Source: a bacterium (GTDB lineage: Bacteria; SAR324; XYD2-FULL-50-16). From it: 64,000 nt of DNA. Positions 30,837-40,510 of this stretch are shown piece by piece. The stretch's first letter is position 1; each line of letters starts with the position of its first letter. A program made the position numbers and the translations under genes. The notes beneath the pieces are model-generated. The model saw only the letters and a list, made by a program, of their open reading frames with translations, was not told the DNA's origin and ran no database searches. The DNA is taken from positions 64,001-128,000 of the forward strand of contig JAVVEA010000001.1 of the NCBI GenBank assembly GCA_032250835.1. Reading direction: 5' to 3'.

Positions 30837-31400
30837 TCACGTCTCCTGATGGATGAACACCTTTCGGCGGTAATAACGCAATTCTTCAACGGACTCTAAA
30901 ATATCGTCTAGCGCTTGGTGTTTACCTTGCTTTTTGAAGGGCGGTAATTGAGGGTACCACCTCTTGGCTAGTTCTTTGACGGTACTCACGTCTAGGTTGC
31001 GGTAGTGGAAATAATCGTCCAACAAGGGCATTTGTTTGACTAAAAACCGGCGATCTTGGTGGATCGAATTCCCGCATAGGGGGGTCACCCCTTTGGGGAC
31101 CAAGGTCTTAACCCAATCTAGGGTTTGCTGCTCAGCTTCTTTGAGGGTGATGCTGGAGTCAAGGCAGCGTTGGGTTAGTCCGCTGGCACCGTGGTGCTCA
31201 ACGCACCAAGCATCCATCCCTGCCAGCATCGCCGGATCAGTCGAAATAGCCAAATCAGGCCCCTTGGCGACCAGATTGAGGTCCCAATCGGTGGCCAAAC
31301 TGGCGATTTCGATGATCAAGTCATGCTCAGGGTTCAGGCCCGTCATCTCAAGATCCATCCAGATCAAGATTTGGGGGTGTTCTACATCCTTCGATTTCAT
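30837..31400 (-). CDS. orn: Oligoribonuclease
   Basis: '[10 protein letters not shown]', 'HGASGL', '[12 protein letters not shown]', '[13 protein letters not shown]', '[10 protein letters not shown]'. Confidence 0.96.
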   Translation of the reverse strand: MKSKDVEHPQILIWMDLEMTGLNPEHDLIIEIASLATDWDLNLVAKGPDLAISTDPAMLAGMDAWCVEHHGASGLTQRCLDSSITLKEAEQQTLDWVKTLVPKGVTPLCGNSIHQDRRFLVKQMPLLDDYFHYRNLDVSTVKELAKRWYPQLPPFKKQGKHQALDDILESVEELRYYRRKVFIHQET

Positions 31401-32956
31401 TCGATGCCGTTCATTCGTGAAAGCTGGAAGCTTTGGGTGTATCCGTTGACGTGGTTGATTACCTTAAAGGAAATCTCCCCTTGATGGTCGAGACTAAAGA
31501 TCTCTTCAACCTCATAGTTCAAGGGCTCGTCATACCGCATCACCTCCATTGCGGTCAAATCAGTTCCCTGCAACCGGGGGTCGAAGGGAAAATCGATTTG
31601 ACTCCAAACGGTCACCAATCCCGCCGGACGGTCTGCTTCGAATTGGCTACATTCTTGGAACCTAAACCGACCGATATTGTGGCTAGGGCGGTATCGACGC
31701 CGTAGCACCAAGGGGGGTTCGTTTTTGGCCGGAAGGGCTTGGTCTTTTTCAAAGATATTATCAAAAACCAGGGACTCTCCTTTGTCGCCTTCGCGCCAGA
31801 GCCCAAAATAGCGGGTTAAGGATTCTTTGAGGACAAACTGGTCGTTGTCGGCATCGCTTAAGATAGCCAGGCCGATGGCCACCGCTGAGTCGCAGTGGTG
31901 GCTTTTGCGGACCTTGTTCTGGCTGTAAATTTGCTTGAGTTTACGCGCCACCAGCGGGAAGTTAGACATGCCCCCGACCAAATAAATGGCGGTGAATTCC
32001 TCAATCCCTTCGGTGCCCGAAACCCTTTTTACCAGCCTTTCGACTACCTCAACAGTGCGCTCTACCAGCGGTTCACAGCGCTCAAAGTAGTCTTTAACGT
32101 CTAGGCGAAGAACCTCAGAGGCTTGTCCTTGCGGAGCCCACTCGATCAAGAGGGTTCGGCTATGGGGGGTGAGGCTTTCTTTCTTTTCTCGGCAAAGCTC
32201 CAAGAGGCCGACCTGTTGGCCATAGTCCAGCTCAGGGCGGGGGTCGAATTGCTCTAAGATCATCTCGCAGAGGATCTCGTCAAACTGGTCGCCCCCAAGG
32301 TCTTCAAGCCCTTCGGTGGCGATGATTTGGTGGTGTCTGTCGTGGATTTCGGCGATAGAGGCGTCGAAGGTGCCTCCGCCTAGATCATAGACCAGCAGGT
32401 ATTTCTTGTTAGATAGCCCAACGTTTTTAAAGTGGCTGTTGGTATACTCCATGGTCGCCGCTGAGGGCTCATTGAGCATGTTGATCACGTCAAAACCGCC
32501 GCCTATAAAGGCCTCATGGGTTAAAAAACGCTGGGTGTTGTTGGTGTTGGCCGGGACTGCGGCCGAAACGGTAAAGCTTTGTAGGCCCAGGCCTTCTATA
32601 CTTGATTGGTGGATCAAGGCTTCTTTAAAGGCGGCAAAAAAATCAATCAGCAGTTTCATCACCGGATATTGATGGCCGCTGATTTCCAATTCCTCGTGGG
32701 TGTGGATGTGTTTGATCAGGGTCTTGATGCTGCGGATGATGGTCCAGTCGGGAGCTTCAAGTAGGTCAAAGGCTTCGAATCCAAAGCGAGCCTCTCCTTC
32801 CTTGACGGCGATCAACGAAGGGAAGTAGTCGAACCAATCCCCGTCGGCCGTCGCAAAATGAACGACCGGAAAATTGCCTTGATCGGCTAATGCGGCCACT
32901 GTATGGGTGGTCCCGAAGTCGATGCCTAATTTCATAGTTTGCCTCATTATTTTCAT
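31397..32956 (-). CDS. Atypical Hsp70-family protein
   Basis: '[10 protein letters not shown]', 'LNEPSAA', '[12 protein letters not shown]', 'LGGDQFD', 'YLVGGMS'. The C-terminus lacks the canonical DnaK substrate-binding domain and lid. Start is 32956 or 32935. Confidence 0.85.
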   Translation of the reverse strand: MKIMRQTMKLGIDFGTTHTVAALADQGNFPVVHFATADGDWFDYFPSLIAVKEGEARFGFEAFDLLEAPDWTIIRSIKTLIKHIHTHEELEISGHQYPVMKLLIDFFAAFKEALIHQSSIEGLGLQSFTVSAAVPANTNNTQRFLTHEAFIGGGFDVINMLNEPSAATMEYTNSHFKNVGLSNKKYLLVYDLGGGTFDASIAEIHDRHHQIIATEGLEDLGGDQFDEILCEMILEQFDPRPELDYGQQVGLLELCREKKESLTPHSRTLLIEWAPQGQASEVLRLDVKDYFERCEPLVERTVEVVERLVKRVSGTEGIEEFTAIYLVGGMSNFPLVARKLKQIYSQNKVRKSHHCDSAVAIGLAILSDADNDQFVLKESLTRYFGLWREGDKGESLVFDNIFEKDQALPAKNEPPLVLRRRYRPSHNIGRFRFQECSQFEADRPAGLVTVWSQIDFPFDPRLQGTDLTAMEVMRYDEPLNYEVEEIFSLDHQGEISFKVINHVNGYTQSFQLSRMNGIE

Positions 32957-33031
32957 TTATCCCCCTCAAAGGATAGATTACCGGCAGTATAAGTCATGAT
33001 TGTAGCCTTTGGCCACTTAAAACACGGACCC

Positions 33032-33826
33032 CTAAGAGGAAGCCGACTCGTAGGCCTTTAAGCCCCGCTGCCAAAAATAAGCCGTTAGGGCCCAAAAGAG
33101 AGGTATGGCAAACAGCATCACAATCAAGGGGGTACGGTCAGCTCGATCAAATATAAACCGTACCGGCGCACTTCCGGTCAATAGAATCGGCAACACCCAC
33201 ATCAGCAACCCTCTCAAATAACGAGGATACACGAAATCTGGCCAACGAGCTAGTTGTTGGAGTTCGATGCGGATAAAATTAACCCCCGACCCGTCGATCA
33301 TCCAAAACATCCCGCAGCTGATCATCATCTCAATGCTATTTTGTAGTAAAAAACCCGCGAAGATAAGCGGCGGTAGCAGCGCCCAATCGAGCGGTTCTAG
33401 GCCCACCTGCAAGCCAAAATAGACCACCGCCGGGCCCGTATAGATTAAGTTCGCGATGCTGCCGGGGCGAACGACCCGGAAAAAGGTCAAGAAGACGCTG
33501 TTGATCGGCTTGACTAAGGTGAAGTCAAATTCCCCGGTCCGGATGGCGAGGGGAAATCTCCAATAATTTTCACTGACTAAGCTCATGGTTAGCTGGTTGA
33601 TCGCCAACATGACCGAAGCGAAAAACAAGAGTTGCTCGCGCCGCCAAGGCCCGATCAACTCCACATTGTCATAGACAATATCCACACTCCAAAGGTGGCT
33701 GGTATAAAAAACGATGTCCATGAACATCAACAACAAGAAATGGGTCCGAAAGCTCATGGCCTCGGAAAAACTAGTGCTGACGAAGCTGGAATAGACGGAA
33801 CCGTAATGTTTGAGCCTAGCCCACAT
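33032..33826 (-). CDS. ABC-2 family transporter permease (ABC2_membrane_6)
   Basis: Six TM segments, 'IRTGEFDFTLVKP'. True start MWARLKHY (33826) overlaps the upstream TGA. Confidence 0.85.
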   Translation of the reverse strand: MWARLKHYGSVYSSFVSTSFSEAMSFRTHFLLLMFMDIVFYTSHLWSVDIVYDNVELIGPWRREQLLFFASVMLAINQLTMSLVSENYWRFPLAIRTGEFDFTLVKPINSVFLTFFRVVRPGSIANLIYTGPAVVYFGLQVGLEPLDWALLPPLIFAGFLLQNSIEMMISCGMFWMIDGSGVNFIRIELQQLARWPDFVYPRYLRGLLMWVLPILLTGSAPVRFIFDRADRTPLIVMLFAIPLFWALTAYFWQRGLKAYESASS

Positions 33827-34632
33827 CACATCCCCGCAGCCGTATACAGGCGCATTCCGGCGCGCCAAGTCCACCAAGCCGCCAGAGCCATCACCACAAC
33901 CCAAAAAGCCAAGGCCCCAAAGACCCAGCCCACTTGGTCTAGGTGCCCCATAAACAGCCGGGCAGGCCAGTAAGCGATATAAGGGAAGGGAGTGAAGGAT
34001 AATAGGGTCTGCATCCAATCAGGGTAGAGCTCTAGGGGGATAATGGCCCCAGACAGGAAATAGGTAACAATCTGCAACATGACCATCAAGGTCCAGGTTT
34101 CTTCTAGCCAAAAACCCACCAGACCGACCATAAAATTGACCCAAAACCAAAAAAGCCCGCCCAATAAGGCCAGCCCGAGACCGGCCAGCAAGGCCGCCGG
34201 ACTGGGCAGAGCCAACCGCCCGCCCAACAGGGCCCAGGCCCCAAAGAGGGTGCCCAGCGCAATAAAAAGCTGAAACCAAGAACGGGCCAAAAAACTAGCG
34301 GCGTGGAATTCCCAAAGTTGGAAGGGGTAAATCAAGTAGCTAGTGATCCGCCCCAGGCGAATGTCTTCGGAGATTCGCTGGCTGTTGCCGTTGAAGATCA
34401 GTAAACTGGCGATTAAGATCCAAAGGTGGTACGCGGCCATTTCCTCGAAATGGTAACCGCCCACTTGCGCCTGGGGGCTGCTTTCAAAAATTTTGTACCA
34501 CAGCGACAGCTTAACCACCAGAAATACAAACAGGGGGGCGATCCCCTGTAAGATAAAGTTCACACGGTAAACCAGCAGGTTGGACCAACTGACCCGCATG
34601 GTCATCCACCATTTTTCTAGATAGACTTTCAC
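33826..34632 (-). CDS. ABC-2 family transporter permease (ABC2_membrane_6)
   Basis: 'ISEDIRLGRITSYLIYP', 'LSGAIIPLELYP', 'RLYTAAG'. Confidence 0.88.
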   Translation of the reverse strand: MKVYLEKWWMTMRVSWSNLLVYRVNFILQGIAPLFVFLVVKLSLWYKIFESSPQAQVGGYHFEEMAAYHLWILIASLLIFNGNSQRISEDIRLGRITSYLIYPFQLWEFHAASFLARSWFQLFIALGTLFGAWALLGGRLALPSPAALLAGLGLALLGGLFWFWVNFMVGLVGFWLEETWTLMVMLQIVTYFLSGAIIPLELYPDWMQTLLSFTPFPYIAYWPARLFMGHLDQVGWVFGALAFWVVVMALAAWWTWRAGMRLYTAAGM

Positions 34633-35612
34633 AGCAGTTCAGGCCGGTCCAAAAGTTGTTGCATCACGCGCTCGATGGGCAGTTTTTCGGTATGAAAGTC
34701 GACCACTGGGTAATCGCGCAGGATTATTTGGCCCAACTCCCGCAGCTGGGCTTCGGGAATATTTAGCTCCACTCGCGTGCTGTTTTCGTTCCACTGGGGA
34801 GAGAACTGCAAAAAGAAGGGGTCTTGGCGGTCTACGGGGCGGTCAAACTCATAGGCCACCATCTTTTCACTGCCTAAGATCGTCTCGAAACGGTGCAGGC
34901 TGTCATCAAAGCGCTTTTGGCCGCCGAGAATCAAGACCAAGCGTTCGCAGAGCGCTTCCACATCGGCCATGTAGTGGCTGGTGAGGATCAGGGTACAGCC
35001 CTTTTCCTTTTGATAGCTTTTTAAGAACTGGCGGATGTTGCGTTGGGCCGTTAGATCCAGGCCAATGGTGGGCTCGTCTAGAAAGATCAGCTTGGGCTCA
35101 TGCAGCAAGCTGCTCATCAATTCTAACTTCATCCGCTCGCCGAGCGAAAGCTTGCGTACATGCACCTGCATCAACCGCTTCACGCCCAGCAATTCGGCCA
35201 AATCGTCTAAGCGGCGCTCAAAGGCGGCTTTGGGGATTTCGTAATACTTTTGCAGCAACAAGAAGCTATCTAAGGCGGGCAGGTCCCACCATAGCTGGGA
35301 CTTCTGGCCCATCACCAAGGCAATCTGTTTGCGGAACTCGCGGGCCCTTTGGTGGGGGGTGTATCCTAAAACTTCAAGCTGCCCGGAACTGGGGACAATG
35401 ATCCCGGTGAACATTTTCATCAAGGTGGTCTTCCCCGCACCGTTAGGGCCCAATAGACCGATCACTTCGCCAGGGTGGGCTTCAAAGTCAAAGCCCTCAA
35501 CGGCCGATTTGGTTTCATACTGGCGGTTGAAAAAGCTTTGCAACGCGCCGGAGAAGCCGGGCTTTTTCTGGTGGATTTTAAACTGCTTGCAAAGCCCGCG
35601 GGCAACAATCAT
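34629..35612 (-). CDS. ABC transporter ATP-binding protein
   Basis: Walker A 'GPNGAGKTT', 'GQKSQLWWDLP', 'LSLGERMK', 'FLDEPTIGLD', 'TSHYM'. Confidence 0.95.
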   Translation of the reverse strand: MIVARGLCKQFKIHQKKPGFSGALQSFFNRQYETKSAVEGFDFEAHPGEVIGLLGPNGAGKTTLMKMFTGIIVPSSGQLEVLGYTPHQRAREFRKQIALVMGQKSQLWWDLPALDSFLLLQKYYEIPKAAFERRLDDLAELLGVKRLMQVHVRKLSLGERMKLELMSSLLHEPKLIFLDEPTIGLDLTAQRNIRQFLKSYQKEKGCTLILTSHYMADVEALCERLVLILGGQKRFDDSLHRFETILGSEKMVAYEFDRPVDRQDPFFLQFSPQWNENSTRVELNIPEAQLRELGQIILRDYPVVDFHTEKLPIERVMQQLLDRPELL

Positions 35613-35651
35613 GGGCAGGGGGTATTGGGGCCCCGGCAGGGGCCCGGGGAG

Positions 35652-36023
35652 TCAGTTTTTAGAGTAACGGGCCGAGTCATCGGCGCGGACCACTTCCGAA
35701 ATACGGATGCCGTAACGTTCGTTCACCACCACGATCTCACCGCGGCACATCAGGCGGCTTCCGATGAAAACATCCATCGGTTCACCTACCACTTTGTCGA
35801 ATTCGATCACTTGGTTGGGTTTGAGGTTCAACACCTCACGCATGGTCTTTTCCACCGAGCCGATCTGAGAAATCAGCTTAAGGGGTACGTCGTGTATGTA
35901 TTCGACCTCGCCTTTGGGGATGTCTTCTTCGGAGATTTCCGAATGCATCAAGGCTTGTTTGAGCGATTTAGCGCCACCGCGCCCGCCACCGCTGAAAAGA
36001 TCGTCGTCATGTTCTTCGCTCAA
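35652..36023 (-). CDS. fliN: FliN/FliM C-terminal (SpoA) domain protein
   Basis: 'IHDVPLKL..IG', 'GEPMDVFIG..RGEIVVVNERYGIRISEV'; TTG start with a GGAGG RBS. Confidence 0.8.
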   Translation of the reverse strand: MSEEHDDDLFSGGGRGGAKSLKQALMHSEISEEDIPKGEVEYIHDVPLKLISQIGSVEKTMREVLNLKPNQVIEFDKVVGEPMDVFIGSRLMCRGEIVVVNERYGIRISEVVRADDSARYSKN

Positions 36024-36189
36024 GGAGCCTCCTTTCGATGCAGAGTTAGCCTAGCCTAAGGCCGGGCTGGGGGCAAGGGGTTTCGAATCAAGCTTCGTTC
36101 CCTAGCCTAAGAGAGACCATTTATAGGCGACTTTACTGGGCAAAGTCTGCCTAGAGTATAAACAAAAAGCAAAAAGGGTTCCACCTTTC

Positions 36190-36217
36190 TTGACAAGCGG
36201 TCCCTATTTGGCAAGAT
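36190..36217 (+). promoter_or_regulatory. Putative sigma70 promoter of the diguanylate cyclase
   Basis: TTGACA-16 nt-CAAGAT with a TG extended -10; the ORF-track TTG start lies inside this -35. Confidence 0.4.
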
Positions 36218-36270
36218 TGGGGGTAACCTTCACACAACGACCGAGTGTTTTTTTAACGCTCATCTCCCGG

Positions 36271-38214
36271 ATGTTCATGTCCCAGAGCAGAAAGATACAA
36301 TTTAAGCTGGTCTTTCGGTTCTCCATCATTTTCCTGATCCTTTTTTTACTGATCTTTGGTGTACTCAGTATGAGTTTCAGGTACCTGACCCTGAAAACCG
36401 CCAAAGACAACGCCCAGACCATCGCCAAAACAATCCGCGACGGCATCACCAGCTTGATGGTGCTCGGCGTGATCGACCAACGGGATGTCTTCTTAAAAGG
36501 GATGATGGATACCGAGACGCTCTCGGACATCCGTAAGCTCAAGGTAATCCGCGGTCAGGTGGTGATCAAGCAATTTGGCATGCCCCATGCGATCGAAACC
36601 GCCGAGACGGACATGGAAAAGCAGGTCTTCGTCACCGGAGAGATGCAAGAGCAGCTAGTCGAGGGCTTCGACGCCCCGCTGTACAATCTGGTGATCCCCT
36701 ACAAAGCCAGCGAAAAGGGTCGGATCAACTGCCTGAGTTGCCACCATGCCGAAGAGGGCCAAGTTTTAGGGGCCATCAGCATCAGCGTGGACCTCTCGCA
36801 CCAACGCAGCGTGGGTCTTTGGACTATCTTGACCATCAGCATCCTGACTTTGTCTTCAATCGGGTTCATCTTTTGGATGATCTATCGCTTTTTCACCCCC
36901 TATTCGGCCTTTTTTGCCGAGTTGCAGGCGGGCTTTAGGGAGCTGGAATCTGGGCATATGGACCACCGGGTCAGCGAGCGGCTAGACGACGAAGCGGGGG
37001 ATGTGGCCCATAGTTTCAATGGGATGATGGACAGCCTCAAGACCATTTTTAGCGATATCTGCCACAAGGTCTATCTGTTGGTCGGATATGAATTTGTCCG
37101 CAGCGGGAACGTGATCACCGACACGGTCTACAACGTAGACCAACTGCTCCAGATATATAACTTCAAGAAAAACGTAGAGCGCGAAGAAACCAAATACGAC
37201 GTTTACGTACGCATCCAAGAGGCGATCAAAAAACTTGGGGCCATGCGTTTTGGGGTCTATGAAGTCAACTCCCGTAAAAACGAATTTAGCTTCATGCTCG
37301 ATCACTGCGTACAGCCAGAGTACCAGACCGAAGAGCCCCAGCGTTACGCAGACCAAGAATTTATGGACCAGTTGAGCCAGCAACCGATCCAAGATTGCGC
37401 CGCCTTGATCCAAAACGAACCCAACCTCTGTCCGGTGGTCAAGTTCAAGAGCCGCTTCGACTCCAAGGCCACGGAACGTTATTGTAAATACTTCCCTGAA
37501 GCCGAAAGGGGCGCAAACCCCGTGCATAAGTGCATCCCCCGCTTTGGGGCCGATATGGCCACCATCGTCCAGATTATCTGCCCGCCTGAAGAAAACGATC
37601 AGGTTGACGCCTTGGTGCCTTATATTAAGTCATATATGGAGCAGGCTTCGAGCGTTTTGGAGATCAAAAACGCCATGGAGTTTATCCGCGAGCAATCGCT
37701 CAAAGACGAACTCACGACACTTTACAACCGGCGTTATCTAGAGGAAATCTCTAACGAGTTTTTAGACAAGCATAAAGACCGCCGGGTGGGCTTCATGATG
37801 ATCGACATCGACCACTTCAAGAAAGTCAACGATGAACAGGGCCACGACGCCGGTGACTTGATTCTGCGCGGGATCGCCCTGGTAATCAAAAAGTCGGTCG
37901 GGCCTAAGGACATCGTGATCCGTTTCGGCGGGGAAGAGATCATGGTCTTAAGCTTCCATACGAGGAGCGGCGAAACCAAGAAACTGGCCCAGCGAATCCG
38001 CGAAAATATTGAAGAAGCCACGTTCCCCTACGGAAATTTGGTGATCAAAAAGACCGCCAGCATCGGCTACACCGAATATCCCGAGTCGGCAGACCACTTC
38101 TGGATCTGTATCAAACACGCCGACATCGCCATGTATTCGGCCAAGCGCACCGGCCGCAACAAGGTGGTAAAATTCAAGCCTGAATTGGTCGAGCAGTCCG
38201 AAGAAGAAAACTAA
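36271..38214 (+). CDS. Membrane diguanylate cyclase with periplasmic CxxCH heme-c sensor, HAMP and Cys-rich GAF-like domain
   Basis: TM, periplasmic domain with 'NCLSCHH', TM, HAMP ('DEAGDVAHSFN'), GGDEF domain ('DELTTLYNRRY', 'DIDHFKKVND..GH', 'RFGGEEI'). Start 36271 or 36277. Confidence 0.88.
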   Translation: MFMSQSRKIQFKLVFRFSIIFLILFLLIFGVLSMSFRYLTLKTAKDNAQTIAKTIRDGITSLMVLGVIDQRDVFLKGMMDTETLSDIRKLKVIRGQVVIKQFGMPHAIETAETDMEKQVFVTGEMQEQLVEGFDAPLYNLVIPYKASEKGRINCLSCHHAEEGQVLGAISISVDLSHQRSVGLWTILTISILTLSSIGFIFWMIYRFFTPYSAFFAELQAGFRELESGHMDHRVSERLDDEAGDVAHSFNGMMDSLKTIFSDICHKVYLLVGYEFVRSGNVITDTVYNVDQLLQIYNFKKNVEREETKYDVYVRIQEAIKKLGAMRFGVYEVNSRKNEFSFMLDHCVQPEYQTEEPQRYADQEFMDQLSQQPIQDCAALIQNEPNLCPVVKFKSRFDSKATERYCKYFPEAERGANPVHKCIPRFGADMATIVQIICPPEENDQVDALVPYIKSYMEQASSVLEIKNAMEFIREQSLKDELTTLYNRRYLEEISNEFLDKHKDRRVGFMMIDIDHFKKVNDEQGHDAGDLILRGIALVIKKSVGPKDIVIRFGGEEIMVLSFHTRSGETKKLAQRIRENIEEATFPYGNLVIKKTASIGYTEYPESADHFWICIKHADIAMYSAKRTGRNKVVKFKPELVEQSEEEN

Positions 38215-38224
38215 TCTCCAGCCT

Positions 38225-39040
38225 ATGAACGCATATATCCAGGCGTTTTTGACCGCCCTGGTCGAAGGTCTGACCGAGTTTGTACCGGTCAGTTCGACCG
38301 GTCACATGATCCTCTTTGGCGACTTGATCGGCTTTAGGGGCGACAAAGCCGAAACCTTTACGGTCTTCATCCAACTGGGCGCTATCTTGGCCGCCGCCTT
38401 GATCTATCAGGATCGCTTCTTAGGCTTGATCCCTAAGGCAGGCCAGGAACCCTTCTTCAAACGCCTATTCTGGGGCCAAAGCCGCCCGACCGCAGTGCAT
38501 TTTATTTTGGCGGTCTTGCCCATCTTGGTGGCGGGGTTGTTGCTGCATCAAATCATCAAAGAGCAGCTCTTTTCGGTCCAAGTGGTAGCTTATGGGCTGA
38601 TCGTTGGCGGGGTTTTGATGATCCTGGCCGAGAAATGGCCAAAGAAATTTGTGGCCGAGCGGGTGGACCAGATCACCCCCAAGCAGGCACTGATCGTCGG
38701 CTTAGGCCAGTGTATGGCCATCTGGCCGGGTATGTCTCGCTCTGGCTCTACCATGATCACTAGCTTGATGATCGGCATCCGCCATCAAGCAGCGGCGGAG
38801 TTTAGTTTCATCATCGCCGTGCCGGTGATGGTGGCGGCGGTGTCTTATGATCTATACAAGTCCTGGGGCTTTTTAGAGGCCTCAGATGCCGGATATTTCG
38901 CTTTAGGTTTTGTGGTGGCCTTTGGTGTCGCCTGGGGTTCGATCCGGTGGTTTTTGCGGGTTTTAGGTAAGGTGGGGCTGATCCCCTTCGGCATCTACCG
39001 CATCCTCTTAGGCGGCTTGGTCCTCTTCCTGATCGCTTAA
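38225..39040 (+). CDS. uppP: Undecaprenyl-diphosphate phosphatase
   Basis: 'VEGLTEFVPVSSTGH', 'IQLGAILA', 'PGMSRSGST', 'AAEFSF'. Confidence 0.96.
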   Translation: MNAYIQAFLTALVEGLTEFVPVSSTGHMILFGDLIGFRGDKAETFTVFIQLGAILAAALIYQDRFLGLIPKAGQEPFFKRLFWGQSRPTAVHFILAVLPILVAGLLLHQIIKEQLFSVQVVAYGLIVGGVLMILAEKWPKKFVAERVDQITPKQALIVGLGQCMAIWPGMSRSGSTMITSLMIGIRHQAAAEFSFIIAVPVMVAAVSYDLYKSWGFLEASDAGYFALGFVVAFGVAWGSIRWFLRVLGKVGLIPFGIYRILLGGLVLFLIA

Positions 39041-39056
39041 AAAGCCCCCACAAAGC

Positions 39057-39103
39057 AAAAAGCCCCCGCCACTCTATACCTTGAGTGACGGGGGCTCTTT
39101 TTT
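39057..39103. terminator. Bidirectional intrinsic terminator
   Basis: AAAAAGCCCCCGCCACTC-loop-GAGTGACGGGGGCTCTTTTTT between uppP and hcp. Confidence 0.85.
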
Positions 39104-39126
39104 GCCTTAAAGGCGCTTAAATCGCC

Positions 39127-40446
39127 TTAAGCGGCTAAGAACTTCTTCAAGTCATCCTGCGCATTACCGGTCAGGCCTAAATTGAAGTTTTGGACCAGGA
39201 AGTCCAAGATCGGCTGGTTGACAAATTGCGGCGGCTTAGGGCCGATCACAATGTCTTTGATGCCTAGGCTGAACAGGGCCAACAGAATGATCACCGCCTT
39301 TTGCTCCATCCAACTCAAGACAATCGAAACGGGCAGTTCGTTGACGCTCAAACCGGTCGCAGCGCTCAACGCCAAGGCGATGTGCACCGCGCCGTTGGAG
39401 TCGTTGCACTGGCCTAAGTCCAGGTAGCGGGGGATTTCGGTGCCCGGTACGGTGCCAAAGTCCACGTCGTTAAAGCGGAACTTACCGCAAGAAGAAGTCA
39501 CCACCACACAGTCCTGGGGCAGGCTGGTAGCTAGTTCGCGGTAATAGTTGCCGGGGCTACCGGGGGCGTCGCAACCGGCGATCACGAAGAACCGTTTGAG
39601 TTTGCCGCTGGTGACGGCTTCTAAAATCTGAGGAGCCAAGCCCAAGACGGTCTTGTAATGGTGGCCGGTGGTCAGGGTGTCTTCACTGTCAAAGCCGCTC
39701 ACGTCGGGGCAAGACAGGGTTTTTTCGATCAGTTCGCTGTAATCGTCGTTGATCTTGTGGCTGCCTTCGATCGCCACAATGCTGGTGGTGAAGAGGCGGT
39801 CTAAATAGGTGGCTCCTTCTTTGGTGGGGACGATGCAGTTGGTGTTGACCACCATGGTTCCCTGCCAAGCTTCAAATAGTTTGGTCTGATCATACCAGGC
39901 CTTGCCGATGTTGCCTTTGAGGTGAGCAAATTTCTTTAACTCAGGGTAGGCATGGGCCGGGAGCATTTCCGAATGGGTGTATACGTTGATCCCCTTGCCT
40001 TCGGTGGCCTTTAAGAGACCCTCAAGCATCTTGAGGTCGTGTCCACTTACCAAGATAGCTTTGCCTTCGGCTTTATTCTGGCTTACAATAACAGGAGTGG
40101 GGACACCCAAAGCTCCGGTGTGCGCGTCCGAGAGGAGGTTCATGACCTCAACACCGGCAGAGCCGATCTTCATCAACTGAGCAATGTGCTCGTCAAAGTT
40201 GAAGTTGACGTTAGTCATGGTGAAATAGAGGCTTTCGGCGGTGACGTCATCTAGGTTGCGGGTATCTGCACCAAAGGAACGGGCATGTTCACGGTAGGCG
40301 GCTAATCCCTTAAGGCCATAGACCATAATATCTTGAAGGCGGGTCAGATTGGCGTCTTTGCCACAGGTGCCGACATCCTTTCCCTGGGAGCCGCAGCCAC
40401 CGGCTACGCTCATTTCGCATTGGTTGCAGAACATTTGCAAATCCAT
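39127..40446 (-). CDS. hcp: Hybrid cluster protein (hydroxylamine/NO reductase), short form
   Basis: 'MFCNQCE', 'GLKGLAAY', 'SGHDL', 'YTHSEMLPAHAYP', 'TNC', 'GCD', 'CGKFRFN', 'DLGQCND', 'SWMEQKA'. Confidence 0.93.
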   Translation of the reverse strand: MDLQMFCNQCEMSVAGGCGSQGKDVGTCGKDANLTRLQDIMVYGLKGLAAYREHARSFGADTRNLDDVTAESLYFTMTNVNFNFDEHIAQLMKIGSAGVEVMNLLSDAHTGALGVPTPVIVSQNKAEGKAILVSGHDLKMLEGLLKATEGKGINVYTHSEMLPAHAYPELKKFAHLKGNIGKAWYDQTKLFEAWQGTMVVNTNCIVPTKEGATYLDRLFTTSIVAIEGSHKINDDYSELIEKTLSCPDVSGFDSEDTLTTGHHYKTVLGLAPQILEAVTSGKLKRFFVIAGCDAPGSPGNYYRELATSLPQDCVVVTSSCGKFRFNDVDFGTVPGTEIPRYLDLGQCNDSNGAVHIALALSAATGLSVNELPVSIVLSWMEQKAVIILLALFSLGIKDIVIGPKPPQFVNQPILDFLVQNFNLGLTGNAQDDLKKFLAA

Positions 40447-40489
40447 AGAGTCTCTCCTCTCGAGGTGATGGTGAATAAAACACCGGAAA

Positions 40490-40510
40490 ATTCACTGATG
40501 AATAGTGAAT
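40490..40510. promoter_or_regulatory. Inverted repeat upstream of hcp (candidate operator)
   Basis: ATTCACT-N7-AGTGAAT in an AT-rich tract 44-64 nt upstream of the hcp start. Confidence 0.4.

Noticed and set aside
33827..34018. Long overlap of the two ABC permease ORFs
   Set aside because: An artefact of an upstream in-frame start; the likely true start at 33826 gives a standard TGATG coupling.
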